Shown here: piece after piece, positions 22,753 through 32,890 of the stretch
Layout of the letters: each line of letters starts with the position of its first letter
Position numbering within the stretch: position 1 is the stretch's first letter
Assembly (NCBI GenBank): GCA_001770205.1
Contig: MEQL01000038.1
Coordinates: 62,001 to 105,313 of the forward strand
Direction of reading: 5' to 3'
Length of the DNA: 43,313 nt
Origin: Bdellovibrionales bacterium RIFOXYD12_FULL_39_22
GTDB lineage: Bacteria > Bdellovibrionota > Bacteriovoracia > Bacteriovoracales > Bacteriovoracaceae
Translations under genes and position numbers: made by a program
Notes under the pieces: model-generated
What the model was told of the DNA's origin: nothing
Seen by the model: the letters and a program-made list of their open reading frames with translations, nothing else
Databases searched by the model: none

Positions 22753-23766
22753 ATGGCACAGGTTCTAAGTCAGGATGAAGTAGATGCGCTTTTAAATGCG
22801 GTTAACGATAGTGATTCGTCTAGCGGCGGTGGCAGCAGCGGAGGATTTGACAAGGATGATTTTGACGCAGGTGAAGAAGGCGATGAAAATATACAGAGCT
22901 ATGATCTTACCAATCAAGATAGGGTTATTCGAGGAAGAATGCCTATCTTGGAGATTATCTATGAACGTTTTATAAGATCCTTTCGTGTTTCTCTCTCAAA
23001 TTCTCTTCGAAAAATTTCTACTATCTCCATGATTTCTACCGATCTTTTAAAGTTTGGTGAGTTTGTTAACACGCTGCCTATTCCGTCTTGTATGTGCATT
23101 ATGCGTTTTAATGAATTGCGAGGCCCCGCACTTTTGGTTTTTGAATCTAAACTAGCTTATGCGATTATTGATTCCTATTTTGGAGGAACTGATCGGCCAT
23201 TTACTAAAATTGAAGGAAAAGAGTTTACCCAAATTGAACTCTCTTTTATGAAAAAAGTTATGGATATGGCCATTGGTGATTTAGAAGAGGCCTGGGCACC
23301 GGTTCATCGGATTGATGCTCAATATCTAAGGACAGAAATTAATCCTCAGTTTGTTGGGGTGGTTCCGCCTTCTGATGTTATTATTGCAACTACGTTAGAG
23401 ATAGAATTTGAAGCGGCCTCGGGAACGATTATGATTGTTGTTCCCTATTCCACCATAGAGCCAATTAAGCAAAAATTAAGTTCAAGTTTTCAGACTGATA
23501 ATGAAATGGCCGACACTATTTGGACGCAGGCCATGAATGCGCATATCGTCGATACCAAGGCCACCATTGTTGTAAAGCTTGGAGAATCAGAAATGACAGT
23601 CGGAGATTTACTTAATCTCAATGTCGGAGATGTTATTCCACTTAATCAGGAGGCATCGGGAGAGGTAAGTTTAACTGTAGAGGGTATAGATAAGATGAAA
23701 TGCTTGATGGGAGTTTATAAAGGTAATCGGGCCGTACAAGTAACACAACTTTTAGCAAACAAATAG
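22753..23766 (+). CDS. fliM: Flagellar motor switch protein FliM
   Basis: LSQDEVDALL CheY-binding peptide, YFGG, EINPQF, C-terminal SpoA domain. Confidence 0.97.
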   Translation: MAQVLSQDEVDALLNAVNDSDSSSGGGSSGGFDKDDFDAGEEGDENIQSYDLTNQDRVIRGRMPILEIIYERFIRSFRVSLSNSLRKISTISMISTDLLKFGEFVNTLPIPSCMCIMRFNELRGPALLVFESKLAYAIIDSYFGGTDRPFTKIEGKEFTQIELSFMKKVMDMAIGDLEEAWAPVHRIDAQYLRTEINPQFVGVVPPSDVIIATTLEIEFEAASGTIMIVVPYSTIEPIKQKLSSSFQTDNEMADTIWTQAMNAHIVDTKATIVVKLGESEMTVGDLLNLNVGDVIPLNQEASGEVSLTVEGIDKMKCLMGVYKGNRAVQVTQLLANK

Positions 23767-23815
23767 TAACGATATAACGATATGATGAGCAACATTTAAA
23801 TAGAGAGAGGGAAAT

Positions 23816-24205
23816 ATGATTGAGCAAGTAAGTGACAACGCAGCGATAAAAGAGGCAGCAACCAACCGAGAAGTTAGTAAAACAAAAGTTAAGGAATTGG
23901 CCGATGCGGCAAAAGTAGGTGACGATGCACTCAATAGGCTGAAAGTGCAAAATCTTGATTTTATCTTGGATATTCCGCTGAAAGTAACTGTTGAGTTAGG
24001 AAGAACATCTTTGGTGATCAAAGATTTATTACAGTTAGGCCAAGGTTCTGTTTTAGAATTAGACAAGTTGGCCGGAGAACCGCTGGAGATTTTAGTCAAT
24101 GGTAAATTGGTGGCCAAGGGAGAGGTGGTGGTAGTTAACGAAAAATTTGGCATTCGTTTAACAGATATTATTAGTCCTATCGATAGAATTGAAACATTAA
24201 AATAG
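23816..24205 (+). CDS. fliN: Flagellar motor switch protein FliN
   Basis: [13 protein letters not shown]...LDKLAGEPL...AKGEVVVV...FGIRLTDI. Confidence 0.97.
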   Translation: MIEQVSDNAAIKEAATNREVSKTKVKELADAAKVGDDALNRLKVQNLDFILDIPLKVTVELGRTSLVIKDLLQLGQGSVLELDKLAGEPLEILVNGKLVAKGEVVVVNEKFGIRLTDIISPIDRIETLK

Positions 24206-24214
24206 GAAGATTAT

Positions 24215-25396
24215 ATGATGAAGTTTTACAAGCAAAAAAAACGAACCATCGCATTTGTTTTTATTTTAAGCATGGCCCTAAATAGTTCACTTTTTGCCAA
24301 GGCCAAGATTGATTCCATTAGTGTAGATGATCGGCCAGATGATGTGGCAGTAATCACTATCGGATACAATGGTGATTTGGAGGTAAAACCAGAATTAACC
24401 ATAAAACAAAATGAGGCCGGTGGAAAATCTCACGAGTCTATTGTGCAAGTAGAATTGGCCGATGCCACAGTCTGGCCAAAGATAGAAAAGCAGATCTCTC
24501 TTGGTGGGGATAAATTTGATACTACTATTATGGCCTATCAATTCGATAAAAAAGTTGTGCGCTTTCGCGCACTGATTCCCTATTCGGTTAAAGAGAGCGA
24601 TAAGGATCTTTTTTTGAATATACAAAATGGAAAGATCGAGGTGGGAATTCCTAAAGGCAATACTAGCAAAAAAGAGGAAATTGAGTTTGCTATGCCAAAA
24701 CTTAAAGAGGTTGGAGATCCGGCAGTTCAAGATAGTAAGTACGATGATCAGCTTTTAGAACAACTATTACAAGATAAGGATGCTAACAATAATAAAGTTA
24801 AGAAAGAAACAACTTTTAATAAGAAAGATAAAAAAGGACGCTCTGTTGGTGATATCGTTGAAGACAAAGTTAAAACCTCGCTTTCTAGTGTGGATAAAGC
24901 ACAGGAGAAATTGGCCGGAGAAGGTTTTTCGGTGGCCAAATATATTGGGAAGTTTGTGGCCTTCATGGGTATTGTTCTGGTGCTTTTTTATGGGATAGTT
25001 TCTCTTTTAAAAAAGGGTGTTTTAAAAAAGAGTCGCTTGGCCTTCTTGAATAATATGAATCTGGTAACGGTTCTAAACACGACTTATGTTGCTCCGAAGA
25101 AACATCTGGTGCTAGTAAAAGTTCATGAGCAAGTTTTATTGCTAAGTTCAGATGAACGAGGACTACAGTTTTTAACAGAGGTAAAAAATACCACCTCATT
25201 ACTAAAAACAGGAGAAGAGCAAATTACTGGAAGTAATTTTGACACCAGTTTGTCGGCGGCCAATTTGAATACTCCCTCTTTTAGTTTGAAGGAAGAGCTT
25301 TCCGCCAATACGGTTAAAGTTGCAGATTCTCCCTCAGTGGTAAAATTTTCAGAGCAGATAAAAAGTAAGGTTAAAAGTTTAAAGTCATTGCAATAG
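24215..25396 (+). CDS. fliO: FliO with a large N-terminal periplasmic (AMIN-like) extension
   Basis: Lies between fliN and fliP; signal peptide, about 210-aa soluble region, TM, then the FliO core (TTYVAPKKHLVLVKVHEQVLLL). Confidence 0.82.
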   Translation: MMKFYKQKKRTIAFVFILSMALNSSLFAKAKIDSISVDDRPDDVAVITIGYNGDLEVKPELTIKQNEAGGKSHESIVQVELADATVWPKIEKQISLGGDKFDTTIMAYQFDKKVVRFRALIPYSVKESDKDLFLNIQNGKIEVGIPKGNTSKKEEIEFAMPKLKEVGDPAVQDSKYDDQLLEQLLQDKDANNNKVKKETTFNKKDKKGRSVGDIVEDKVKTSLSSVDKAQEKLAGEGFSVAKYIGKFVAFMGIVLVLFYGIVSLLKKGVLKKSRLAFLNNMNLVTVLNTTYVAPKKHLVLVKVHEQVLLLSSDERGLQFLTEVKNTTSLLKTGEEQITGSNFDTSLSAANLNTPSFSLKEELSANTVKVADSPSVVKFSEQIKSKVKSLKSLQ

Positions 25397-25413
25397 GGAT
25401 AGGTGAGAAGCAG

Positions 25414-26187
25414 ATGAAGAAAATAGATAAGATTATAGATGGCCGAAAAATTTTGCTTACGCTGATTATGCTTATGGCCGCACTTCCTTTATCTGCGCAG
25501 TCTACCAATCCTAATGGCCTAAATCTACCAGGACTTTCTGTTAATTTCGGCCAAGGAGTTGACCTCGTTGATACTATAAAGGTTTTAGTTCTTTTCACGT
25601 TATTAACAGTAGCACCGGCCATAATTATTTTAACGACCTGCTTTACCCGTATTGTGGTGGTTTTGGGATTTATGCGCCAAGCGCTGGGTACTCAAAATCT
25701 TCCACCCAATCAGCTTTTAATTGGACTGGCGGTATTTTTATCTATCTTTGTTATGCAGCCAACTGGTGAGGCCATTTATCAAAAGGCCATTTTGCCCTAT
25801 CTCGATAAAAAGATAACAACTACTGAGGCCATTGATGAAATTACGTTAGATATGCGGGCCTTTATGAGTAAACAAGTAAGAAAAACAGACATTGGCCTTT
25901 TTTATGATGTGACTGGAAAGGCCGCGCCTAACACTATCGAAGAAGTTCCCATTCATTTTTTAATTCCCGCTTTTATAATTTCTGAATTAAAAACCGCCTT
26001 TCAAATTGGCTTCTTGCTTTATATTCCATTTTTGATTTTAGATATGGTGGTGGCCTCGGTACTTATGGCCATGGGAATGATGATGTTGCCTCCGGTGGTA
26101 ATTTCTTTGCCATTTAAGCTGCTGCTTTTTGTTTTGGTTGATGGATGGCAGTTAGTCACTGGTTCAATTTTGCGATCGTTTAACTAG
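25414..26187 (+). CDS. fliP: Flagellar export protein FliP
   Basis: TCFTRIVVVL, PPNQLL, PAFIISELKTAFQIGF, MGMMMLPP, LFVLVDGW. Confidence 0.98.
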   Translation: MKKIDKIIDGRKILLTLIMLMAALPLSAQSTNPNGLNLPGLSVNFGQGVDLVDTIKVLVLFTLLTVAPAIIILTTCFTRIVVVLGFMRQALGTQNLPPNQLLIGLAVFLSIFVMQPTGEAIYQKAILPYLDKKITTTEAIDEITLDMRAFMSKQVRKTDIGLFYDVTGKAAPNTIEEVPIHFLIPAFIISELKTAFQIGFLLYIPFLILDMVVASVLMAMGMMMLPPVVISLPFKLLLFVLVDGWQLVTGSILRSFN

Positions 26188-26199
26188 AGGAGTTGTTTT

Positions 26200-26475
26200 A
26201 TGCCAGATGAATTTGTTGCTAATATTGCTAACCAGGCCATCAAGGTTACTCTGATGATCTCTGCTCCAATGTTGCTGGCGGCACTCTTCATGGGTATTTT
26301 AGTTTCACTTTTTCAAGCGGTGACACAGATTAATGAACAAACACTTTCTTTTATTCCAAAGATTTTAGTCATTGTGGGAGCACTGGTTATTTGTGCTCCC
26401 TGGATGTCAGACACAATAACCAGTTATACGCGGGAGTTATATACCAGTATTCCGCAGGTGGTATTAGGTAAATGA
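26200..26475 (+). CDS. fliQ: Flagellar export protein FliQ
   Basis: FQAVTQINEQTLSFIPK motif. Confidence 0.97.
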   Translation: MPDEFVANIANQAIKVTLMISAPMLLAALFMGILVSLFQAVTQINEQTLSFIPKILVIVGALVICAPWMSDTITSYTRELYTSIPQVVLGK

Positions 26476-27254
26476 TTAATGTAGTGATAGATGATTATCG
26501 AGTGATTATTGCCTTCTGGTTAATTTTTTCCAGAGTGTTGCCCATCATTATGCAATTGCCACTTTTTGATAATGTCTCTATCCCGATGATTGTTACTATT
26601 TTGGCCACCTTGGTTATCTCCTATGGTTTTTTCCCCATAGTTGCTTCGGAAGTTTATCGCGATATTGATTATATGGGGGTGAATAATTTTTGGATTCTCA
26701 CCATCTATAACGTATTAGTAGGACTTGTGATCGGATATATGGTCAAAGTTATTATGCAAGTTTTTGTGGCCGCAGGAGGAGTGATGACGCAGCAGCTAGG
26801 ATTCTCTGCGGTTCGTTATTTTGATCAATCGGCAGGAGTGGCCGTGGGCCCTTACGAAGAGTTAATTCATTGGACTATGTTGGTAATGATTATTTCGACA
26901 GGAGCACTGCTCCCAATGTTTAAGGGGATGTTGGGGAGTTTTTCCTCTGTGCATATTTTTGATTGGGGAAATTTACGGACTCTGATTCCATTTTTTTCTA
27001 AGTTTTTTTCCGCCACCTTTGTATCGGCATTAATGCTTGCCTCTCCGATTATTGTAGTTAACTTGATAATTATGGGAGTCTTGGGAATTATTGCCCGAAC
27101 AGTGCCTCAGATGAACGTATTAATGGTGAGCTTTGTAGTTAATATTGGATTAGGTTTTTTAATATTTATTTCTATTTCGGGGGAATTTTTTAATGTGGGA
27201 TACAAGATGTATCTCGATTACTTAGCAGATTGGTTTCATATGCTAAGTACTTAA
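26472..27254 (+). CDS. fliR: Flagellar export protein FliR
   Basis: Multi-TM; AGG...QLGFS and IARTVPQMNV motifs; ATGA overlap with fliQ. Confidence 0.95.
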   Translation: MINVVIDDYRVIIAFWLIFSRVLPIIMQLPLFDNVSIPMIVTILATLVISYGFFPIVASEVYRDIDYMGVNNFWILTIYNVLVGLVIGYMVKVIMQVFVAAGGVMTQQLGFSAVRYFDQSAGVAVGPYEELIHWTMLVMIISTGALLPMFKGMLGSFSSVHIFDWGNLRTLIPFFSKFFSATFVSALMLASPIIVVNLIIMGVLGIIARTVPQMNVLMVSFVVNIGLGFLIFISISGEFFNVGYKMYLDYLADWFHMLST

Positions 27255-27270
27255 AGGATAGAAGGAATCT

Positions 27271-28353
27271 ATGGCCGAAGATTCAGATGGCGAAAAGACA
27301 GAAGAACCTTCCACCTATCGGATAGAGCAATTCCGAAAAAGGGGAGAGGTCTCATCTTCCAAAGAACTTACCAGTATTTTGGTATTGGCCGCCTGTTCTT
27401 TATCTTTAGTCTTATCCTTGGTTTACATTTATGAAACTTTGGCCACTTACATAGAGTGGTTGTATATGTTGGATATTAGCAAAGCATTTTCTACGGAAGC
27501 GCAGAAGATGATTGTTGAAAAAACCATGGTGGCCTCCATTAAATGTGTGGCCCCAGTTTTTTTGACGGCACTGATTATTGATGTGTTTAGCAATGTTTTG
27601 CAATTTGGTTTTCTGTTTGCTCCAGAAGTTTTATCGTTAAAATTTGATCGCATCAATCCCATAAATGGAGTTAAGCGATTATTTACTTTTCGTTCTGTTG
27701 TCGAGGCAATCAAGGGTGTTTTTAAATTTACAGTAGTACTAGCAACTGTCTATCTATTTATAAAAGATGATTTGGCCAAGTATGCGGGATTTTTGCATGT
27801 TGATTTTGCTAATTCTTTTTTGATTGCAAAAGATATGTTGGCCAATTTGGTATTTGCTATTTTGTTGGGTTTGTTTGTCATCTCCCTTGGTGATTTTACC
27901 TATCAGAAGCTTTCTTATCGCAAACGGTTAATGCAAACCAAAGATGAGTTAAAGCGAGAACACAAAGAGCAAGAGGGAAGTCCAGAAATTAAACAGAGAA
28001 TTAAAAATATTCAGCGAGAAGTTGCTAACAAGCGAATGATGAAAGATATTCCCAAGGCCGATGTAATAGTAACCAATCCCACTCATATTAGTGTTGCGCT
28101 TAAGTATGATCCTGAAAATATGGTTTCTCCACTGGTGCTGGCCAAAGGAGCTGATCATCTGGCCTTTTTCATTAGAGAGATTGCCAAGGCCCATCATATT
28201 CCATTAGTTGAAAATGTGCCTCTGGCGCGAAATTTATATAAGACAGTTAAGGTTGGTGAAGCTGTTCCGCGAGCACTGTATAAAGCAGTGGCGGAGGTTT
28301 TGGCCTTTGTTTATAAACTAAAGAAAAAAGAAAAGGCAATTAGCTTAGATTAA
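27271..28353 (+). CDS. flhB: Flagellar export protein FlhB
   Basis: EKTEEPS, INPING, EGSPEIK, autocleavage NPTH, ENVPLAR. Confidence 0.98.
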   Translation: MAEDSDGEKTEEPSTYRIEQFRKRGEVSSSKELTSILVLAACSLSLVLSLVYIYETLATYIEWLYMLDISKAFSTEAQKMIVEKTMVASIKCVAPVFLTALIIDVFSNVLQFGFLFAPEVLSLKFDRINPINGVKRLFTFRSVVEAIKGVFKFTVVLATVYLFIKDDLAKYAGFLHVDFANSFLIAKDMLANLVFAILLGLFVISLGDFTYQKLSYRKRLMQTKDELKREHKEQEGSPEIKQRIKNIQREVANKRMMKDIPKADVIVTNPTHISVALKYDPENMVSPLVLAKGADHLAFFIREIAKAHHIPLVENVPLARNLYKTVKVGEAVPRALYKAVAEVLAFVYKLKKKEKAISLD

Positions 28354-28374
28354 CAGATGCTGGGATAGATTATT

Positions 28375-30447
28375 ATGAATGGTATTTTGAGCAAATTGAA
28401 ATTTTTAAATAAAAACTCGGAATTGGCGGTGGCGGTTGGATTGTTTTTGGTTTTAGGGGTTATGATTGTGCCTGTTCCGCCGATGGTGTTAGACTTATTT
28501 TTGGCGATGACCTTGGCCATCTCAGTTGTAATTTTGTTAGTTTCTGTTTATTCAAAAAGGCCACTAGATTTTTCCACTTTCCCCACGGTTTTGTTGATTA
28601 CCACTTTGTTTCGCTTGGCCTTAAATATTGCCTCCACTCGAAATATTTTACTACATGGAGGAACTGATGGTACGGAGGCGGCGGGAGAGATCATTCAATC
28701 TTTTGGTGAGTTTGTTGTCGAAGGTAATTATGTTGTTGGTATCATAATTTTTATAATTTTGGTTATTATTAACTTTATGGTTATCACCAAAGGTGCCGGG
28801 CGTGTTGCTGAGGTCGCTGCTCGTTTCACCTTGGATGCTATGCCCGGAAAGCAGATGGCCATTGATGCAGATTTGAATGCGGGAATTATCAATGATCAGG
28901 AAGCTAAGCGTCGTCGAAGAGAGATCGCAGAAGAGGCAGACTTTTATGGATCTATGGATGGTGCTTCCAAGTTTGTACGTGGAGACGCCATTGCTGGTAT
29001 TATGATTACTGCTTTGAATATTATTGCCGGGATGATTATTGGAGTGGCGCAAAGTGGTATGAGCATGACTGATGCTGCTCAAACATTTACCTTGTTAACG
29101 GTGGGAGATGGTTTGATCACTCAGATTCCGGCCATTATCATCTCTACGGCCGCAGGTATTATTGTAACTCGTAACGCTACAGAGCACTCTTTGGGTGATG
29201 CCCTAACTAAACAGTTGCAACTTCACCCTCGGGCCATTTATATGGCCGCAAGTGCCTCTTTCGTTTTTGCATTTATCGGCCTGCCAACTGTGCCCTTTAT
29301 GGCCATATCGGGAGTCTTGGCCACCATTGCTTATAAAATTGATAAACAAAATGAAAAGATTGCGCAAGATAAAGCAGCAGAAGTTCCGGAAGATAAGAAG
29401 GCGCGGCCAGAAAATTTGGAAGATCTTTTATCTTTGGAGTTGGTGGAGTTAGAAGTTGGATATGGATTGGTGAGTCTTGTTGATTCAGAACAAAATGGAG
29501 ATTTATTAGAGAGGATTACGCATATCCGAAAGCAATTTGCCCTAGATTGGGGGATTATCATTCCTTCTGTGCGCATTAAGGATAATTTGGAGTTAAAGCC
29601 AGGGGGCTATGTCGTAAAAATTAAGGGTATTATGGTAGCTAAGGGAGAATTACTAGTTGATCACTTTTTGGCCATGGATCCTGGTTCTGTAATTGAGAAA
29701 ATTAGTGGCGTTGAAACAGTGGAGCCGGTTTTTGGTTTACCGGCCGTCTGGATTGTGGCAGATCAACGTGATGATGCTCAATACTATGGTTACACGGTTG
29801 TGGATCTTTCTACCGTGGTGGCCACGCATTTAACAGAGGTGTTGAAAAATAATTTGCATGAACTTTTTGGCCGGCAAGAGTTAGTGCGAGTTCTTGATAA
29901 TTTTAAACAAGAATATCCTAAAATTGTTAGTGATTTGGTACCAGAGATTTTACCTTTGGGTATTGTTCTTAAATCATTACAAAATCTTTTGCGAGAGGGT
30001 GTTTCCATTCGAGATTTGCGAACAATTTTAGAAACGCTATCTGAATATGGTGTAAAGACTAAAGACACAGATAGCTTGACAGAGCACGTGCGCCAAGCGC
30101 TTTATCGCACTATTACTGCCGGAGTTAAGAGTGGAGAAGGAGATATTCCTCTTTTTACGCTGGATAGAACTATTGAAGAGTCAATAGCTTCAAATCTTAT
30201 TCAAACAGATCACGGCCAACAGCTATCACTAGATCCTAAAGTCACGCAAACTATTTTGGCCAGTTTGAATGAAAAAATTGAAGAGGCAACTAATTTGGGA
30301 GAGAAGATGGTAGTTTTGTGTTCTCCAGTTATACGTTCCCATTTTAAAAAATTGACTGAAAAATTTATACCAAATTTAACGGTAGTAAGTCATAATGAAC
30401 TAAGCCCCGATGTTAACATTCGTTCATTAGGAACAGTGAGGTTGTAA
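28375..30447 (+). CDS. flhA: Flagellar export gate protein FlhA
   Basis: RVAEVAARFTLDAMPGKQMAIDADL, FYGSMDGASKFVRGDAIA, LLREGVSIRDL. Confidence 0.98.
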   Translation: MNGILSKLKFLNKNSELAVAVGLFLVLGVMIVPVPPMVLDLFLAMTLAISVVILLVSVYSKRPLDFSTFPTVLLITTLFRLALNIASTRNILLHGGTDGTEAAGEIIQSFGEFVVEGNYVVGIIIFIILVIINFMVITKGAGRVAEVAARFTLDAMPGKQMAIDADLNAGIINDQEAKRRRREIAEEADFYGSMDGASKFVRGDAIAGIMITALNIIAGMIIGVAQSGMSMTDAAQTFTLLTVGDGLITQIPAIIISTAAGIIVTRNATEHSLGDALTKQLQLHPRAIYMAASASFVFAFIGLPTVPFMAISGVLATIAYKIDKQNEKIAQDKAAEVPEDKKARPENLEDLLSLELVELEVGYGLVSLVDSEQNGDLLERITHIRKQFALDWGIIIPSVRIKDNLELKPGGYVVKIKGIMVAKGELLVDHFLAMDPGSVIEKISGVETVEPVFGLPAVWIVADQRDDAQYYGYTVVDLSTVVATHLTEVLKNNLHELFGRQELVRVLDNFKQEYPKIVSDLVPEILPLGIVLKSLQNLLREGVSIRDLRTILETLSEYGVKTKDTDSLTEHVRQALYRTITAGVKSGEGDIPLFTLDRTIEESIASNLIQTDHGQQLSLDPKVTQTILASLNEKIEEATNLGEKMVVLCSPVIRSHFKKLTEKFIPNLTVVSHNELSPDVNIRSLGTVRL

Positions 30448-30448
30448 G

Positions 30449-31918
30449 ATGTATGTAAGAAAATTTGAGGCCGACACTTTGGACGAGGCATTAAAAAACA
30501 TCAAAAAGGAGTTAGGCCCTGATGCCATCATTTTAAAAACAGTCACGAACAAAGGACTTAAAGGCGCTTTCAAAAAAGGGCGGATAGAAATCACTGCGGC
30601 AATTTCTGAAAAAAATTATACTAAAAAGGCCAAGGTTGATCGCGTTTTAGACGGTGAACAAAAAGAGAAATTTTATTCTAATAATGCTTCTTATATTTCT
30701 AATATGATCGATTCCCATGCTAAATCTAGCGAGAAGGTTAATGCCGGAACAGCTAGGCCTTCGCAAAATGAGGGGCCTTCTTATGGTAAATTAGGCCTAA
30801 ATAAACAGGTAAAATCAACAAAAGAAGAAGGCCAAATTAGTGGGCCATCGCTCGACGAATTTTTAAAACAAAAAAGTAAACGCGATATACCGGTGGAGTT
30901 AAGTTCAGCCTATCAAGATGTAGGGCAAGCAACAAATAACTTAACGGCAACATCCTCTGCCTTAAATGAATTTCTTGGACAGGGGGCCGCAACTTCTAAC
31001 ACAGCTAAAACGATAGTTCAAAATAACGCAGTCGAGGAAAATATCGATGGTGGAAGAATTGAGGAATTAGAAAAACAAATATATCTTCTGTCTCGTCAGG
31101 TACAAGAATTTTCTAAACGCGAACCGACTGGCCTAAATCACTTGCGTAGTTCTTTAAGAAGCCTGGACATCTCGGAAGTGTATATAAATGGCCTGGCCAA
31201 GAAGATGATGTTCGATTTAGGTGAAAAGGAATTGGACTCCGTAGATATCGTGTATGAATTTGCTTTAAAAGAGATGTTAAAAGATGTGCATGTTGATATG
31301 CCACTTTTTTCACAGGTGGATAATGACACTAATGTGATCACCGTCTTATTGTCAGAGACTTCTAGTGGACAAAGCAGTATGGCCATTAAATTGGCCGCCT
31401 TAAAAAATGATGCAATCATTATTACCAATGATTTACAAAGAGAGCAGAAGAGTTCTTTTGTTGAAAACAAAAAAATAAGTTTTGCAGAGAAAATTTTTGA
31501 TTTAACGATAATTCATACTAGCTCCATTGCTGAAATTGTTTCAGAATGTAGAAAAGCAGAAGAGACCGGCCGGTCGGTTTTTATTGATTATAAAAACTTT
31601 AATAAAGAAATAAATGAAGCACGTAGATTTATTGATGGATTGCAACGATCCTTCCGCAAGGTGGAAGTATTGATCTCTCTTTCCGCAATTCATACAGAGC
31701 TGTATAATAAAAAGGTAATGGCGCAGTATCGCAAGATCGCCAACGGGATAATTGTTTCGCATTTGGATTTATGTTTGAATTTCGGTGCAATATTCAACTT
31801 AACCAGTGAGATGAAAGATCTGCCATTCAAATTTTATGGGACCGGAGATGTCATCCCAGACGATTTGGAGTCAGCAACCGGAGAGCGGATTTTAGCTGGA
31901 ATTTTTCAGCTAGACTAA
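30449..31918 (+). CDS. flhF: FlhF homologue with a degenerate GTPase domain
   Basis: Conserved N-terminus MYVRKFEADTLDEALKNIKKELGPDAIIL and position between flhA and flhG. G1 reads SETSSGQS, G3 DYKN, G4 SHLD, G5 region GTGDVIPDDL. Confidence 0.88.
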   Translation: MYVRKFEADTLDEALKNIKKELGPDAIILKTVTNKGLKGAFKKGRIEITAAISEKNYTKKAKVDRVLDGEQKEKFYSNNASYISNMIDSHAKSSEKVNAGTARPSQNEGPSYGKLGLNKQVKSTKEEGQISGPSLDEFLKQKSKRDIPVELSSAYQDVGQATNNLTATSSALNEFLGQGAATSNTAKTIVQNNAVEENIDGGRIEELEKQIYLLSRQVQEFSKREPTGLNHLRSSLRSLDISEVYINGLAKKMMFDLGEKELDSVDIVYEFALKEMLKDVHVDMPLFSQVDNDTNVITVLLSETSSGQSSMAIKLAALKNDAIIITNDLQREQKSSFVENKKISFAEKIFDLTIIHTSSIAEIVSECRKAEETGRSVFIDYKNFNKEINEARRFIDGLQRSFRKVEVLISLSAIHTELYNKKVMAQYRKIANGIIVSHLDLCLNFGAIFNLTSEMKDLPFKFYGTGDVIPDDLESATGERILAGIFQLD

Positions 31919-31986
31919 AGATGATTGGCGCTTAATTTTTTGGTAATAGCTATTTGCTAGGAAGGCAAATAATATAGGGAGACAGG

Positions 31987-32880
31987 ATGTCGGACAGGAA
32001 TGTATCGCAGTGGTTGCTTGGTAACAACCGTTATGCTGGTGCTGTTGCGAAAGAACCAGCAGTCAATTGGCGTAATTGCAAAACGATATCAGTAACTGGT
32101 GGTAAAGGCGGAGTTGGTAAGACTTCCGTTTCTATCAAAGTGGCCAAATTGCTTGCAGAGGCCGGCAATAAAGTTTTACTGATTGATTGCGATTATAATC
32201 TTTCTAATACTCATATCAAATTAGGACTGCCACTTAGTAATAATATTTACTCTTTTGTGGTCAAGCAGGTTCCGTTTGAGGAATGTCTATACAAAGATGG
32301 AAATTTTCATTTGCTATCAGGCTGTAATGGAGATGTGGAACTTTTTTCCAATGGCCTTGATCTAGATAAGATCGTGATAAATATTCTTATCGAACAAGAG
32401 CGAAATTATGACTACATAGTTTTGGATTGCCCGGCAGGAATTGCCCAAGAGAATCTGACTATTAATGCTTACACTGACTATCGTTTTGTTGTGATTACTC
32501 CAGATAAATCTTCAATAACTGACTCTTATGCACTAATGAAAATATTGAAAACAAAATATGGAGTAAATGAGAATCATCTGATTATCAACAAGGTCTCCTC
32601 AGTTGCTCAATATCAACGCATGGTTAAGATAATCTCTGATACAGTTGATAGTTATTTGCAATGTCGCTTGCACATACTAGGCAATATTTTCAAGAATGAT
32701 CAGGCGATTGATCTTTTTGATTCTATATTGCTTTCTGCGGAAAAAAATTCCCTCGATGATAATTTTCGTAAAGTCGTTGGCCGCTTTACCGAGGAGCTTG
32801 AGGCCACTGGCGAAATCAGAAATGATTATTGCGCTAAACCAGTTGGCAGTGAACAGAATGTTCACCACGTGATTAGCTAA
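31987..32880 (+). CDS. flhG: MinD-like ATPase FlhG/FleN
   Basis: Deviant Walker A GGKGGVGKT, VLLIDCD, LDCPAG, TPDKSSITDSYALMK; lies between flhF and fliA. Confidence 0.92.
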   Translation: MSDRNVSQWLLGNNRYAGAVAKEPAVNWRNCKTISVTGGKGGVGKTSVSIKVAKLLAEAGNKVLLIDCDYNLSNTHIKLGLPLSNNIYSFVVKQVPFEECLYKDGNFHLLSGCNGDVELFSNGLDLDKIVINILIEQERNYDYIVLDCPAGIAQENLTINAYTDYRFVVITPDKSSITDSYALMKILKTKYGVNENHLIINKVSSVAQYQRMVKIISDTVDSYLQCRLHILGNIFKNDQAIDLFDSILLSAEKNSLDDNFRKVVGRFTEELEATGEIRNDYCAKPVGSEQNVHHVIS

Positions 32881-32890
32881 GGAGTGCTGC

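Noticed and set aside
30449..31918. Calling flhF a pseudogene
   Set aside because: Full-length uninterrupted ORF, tightly coupled to flhA, with conserved N-terminal and structural motifs.
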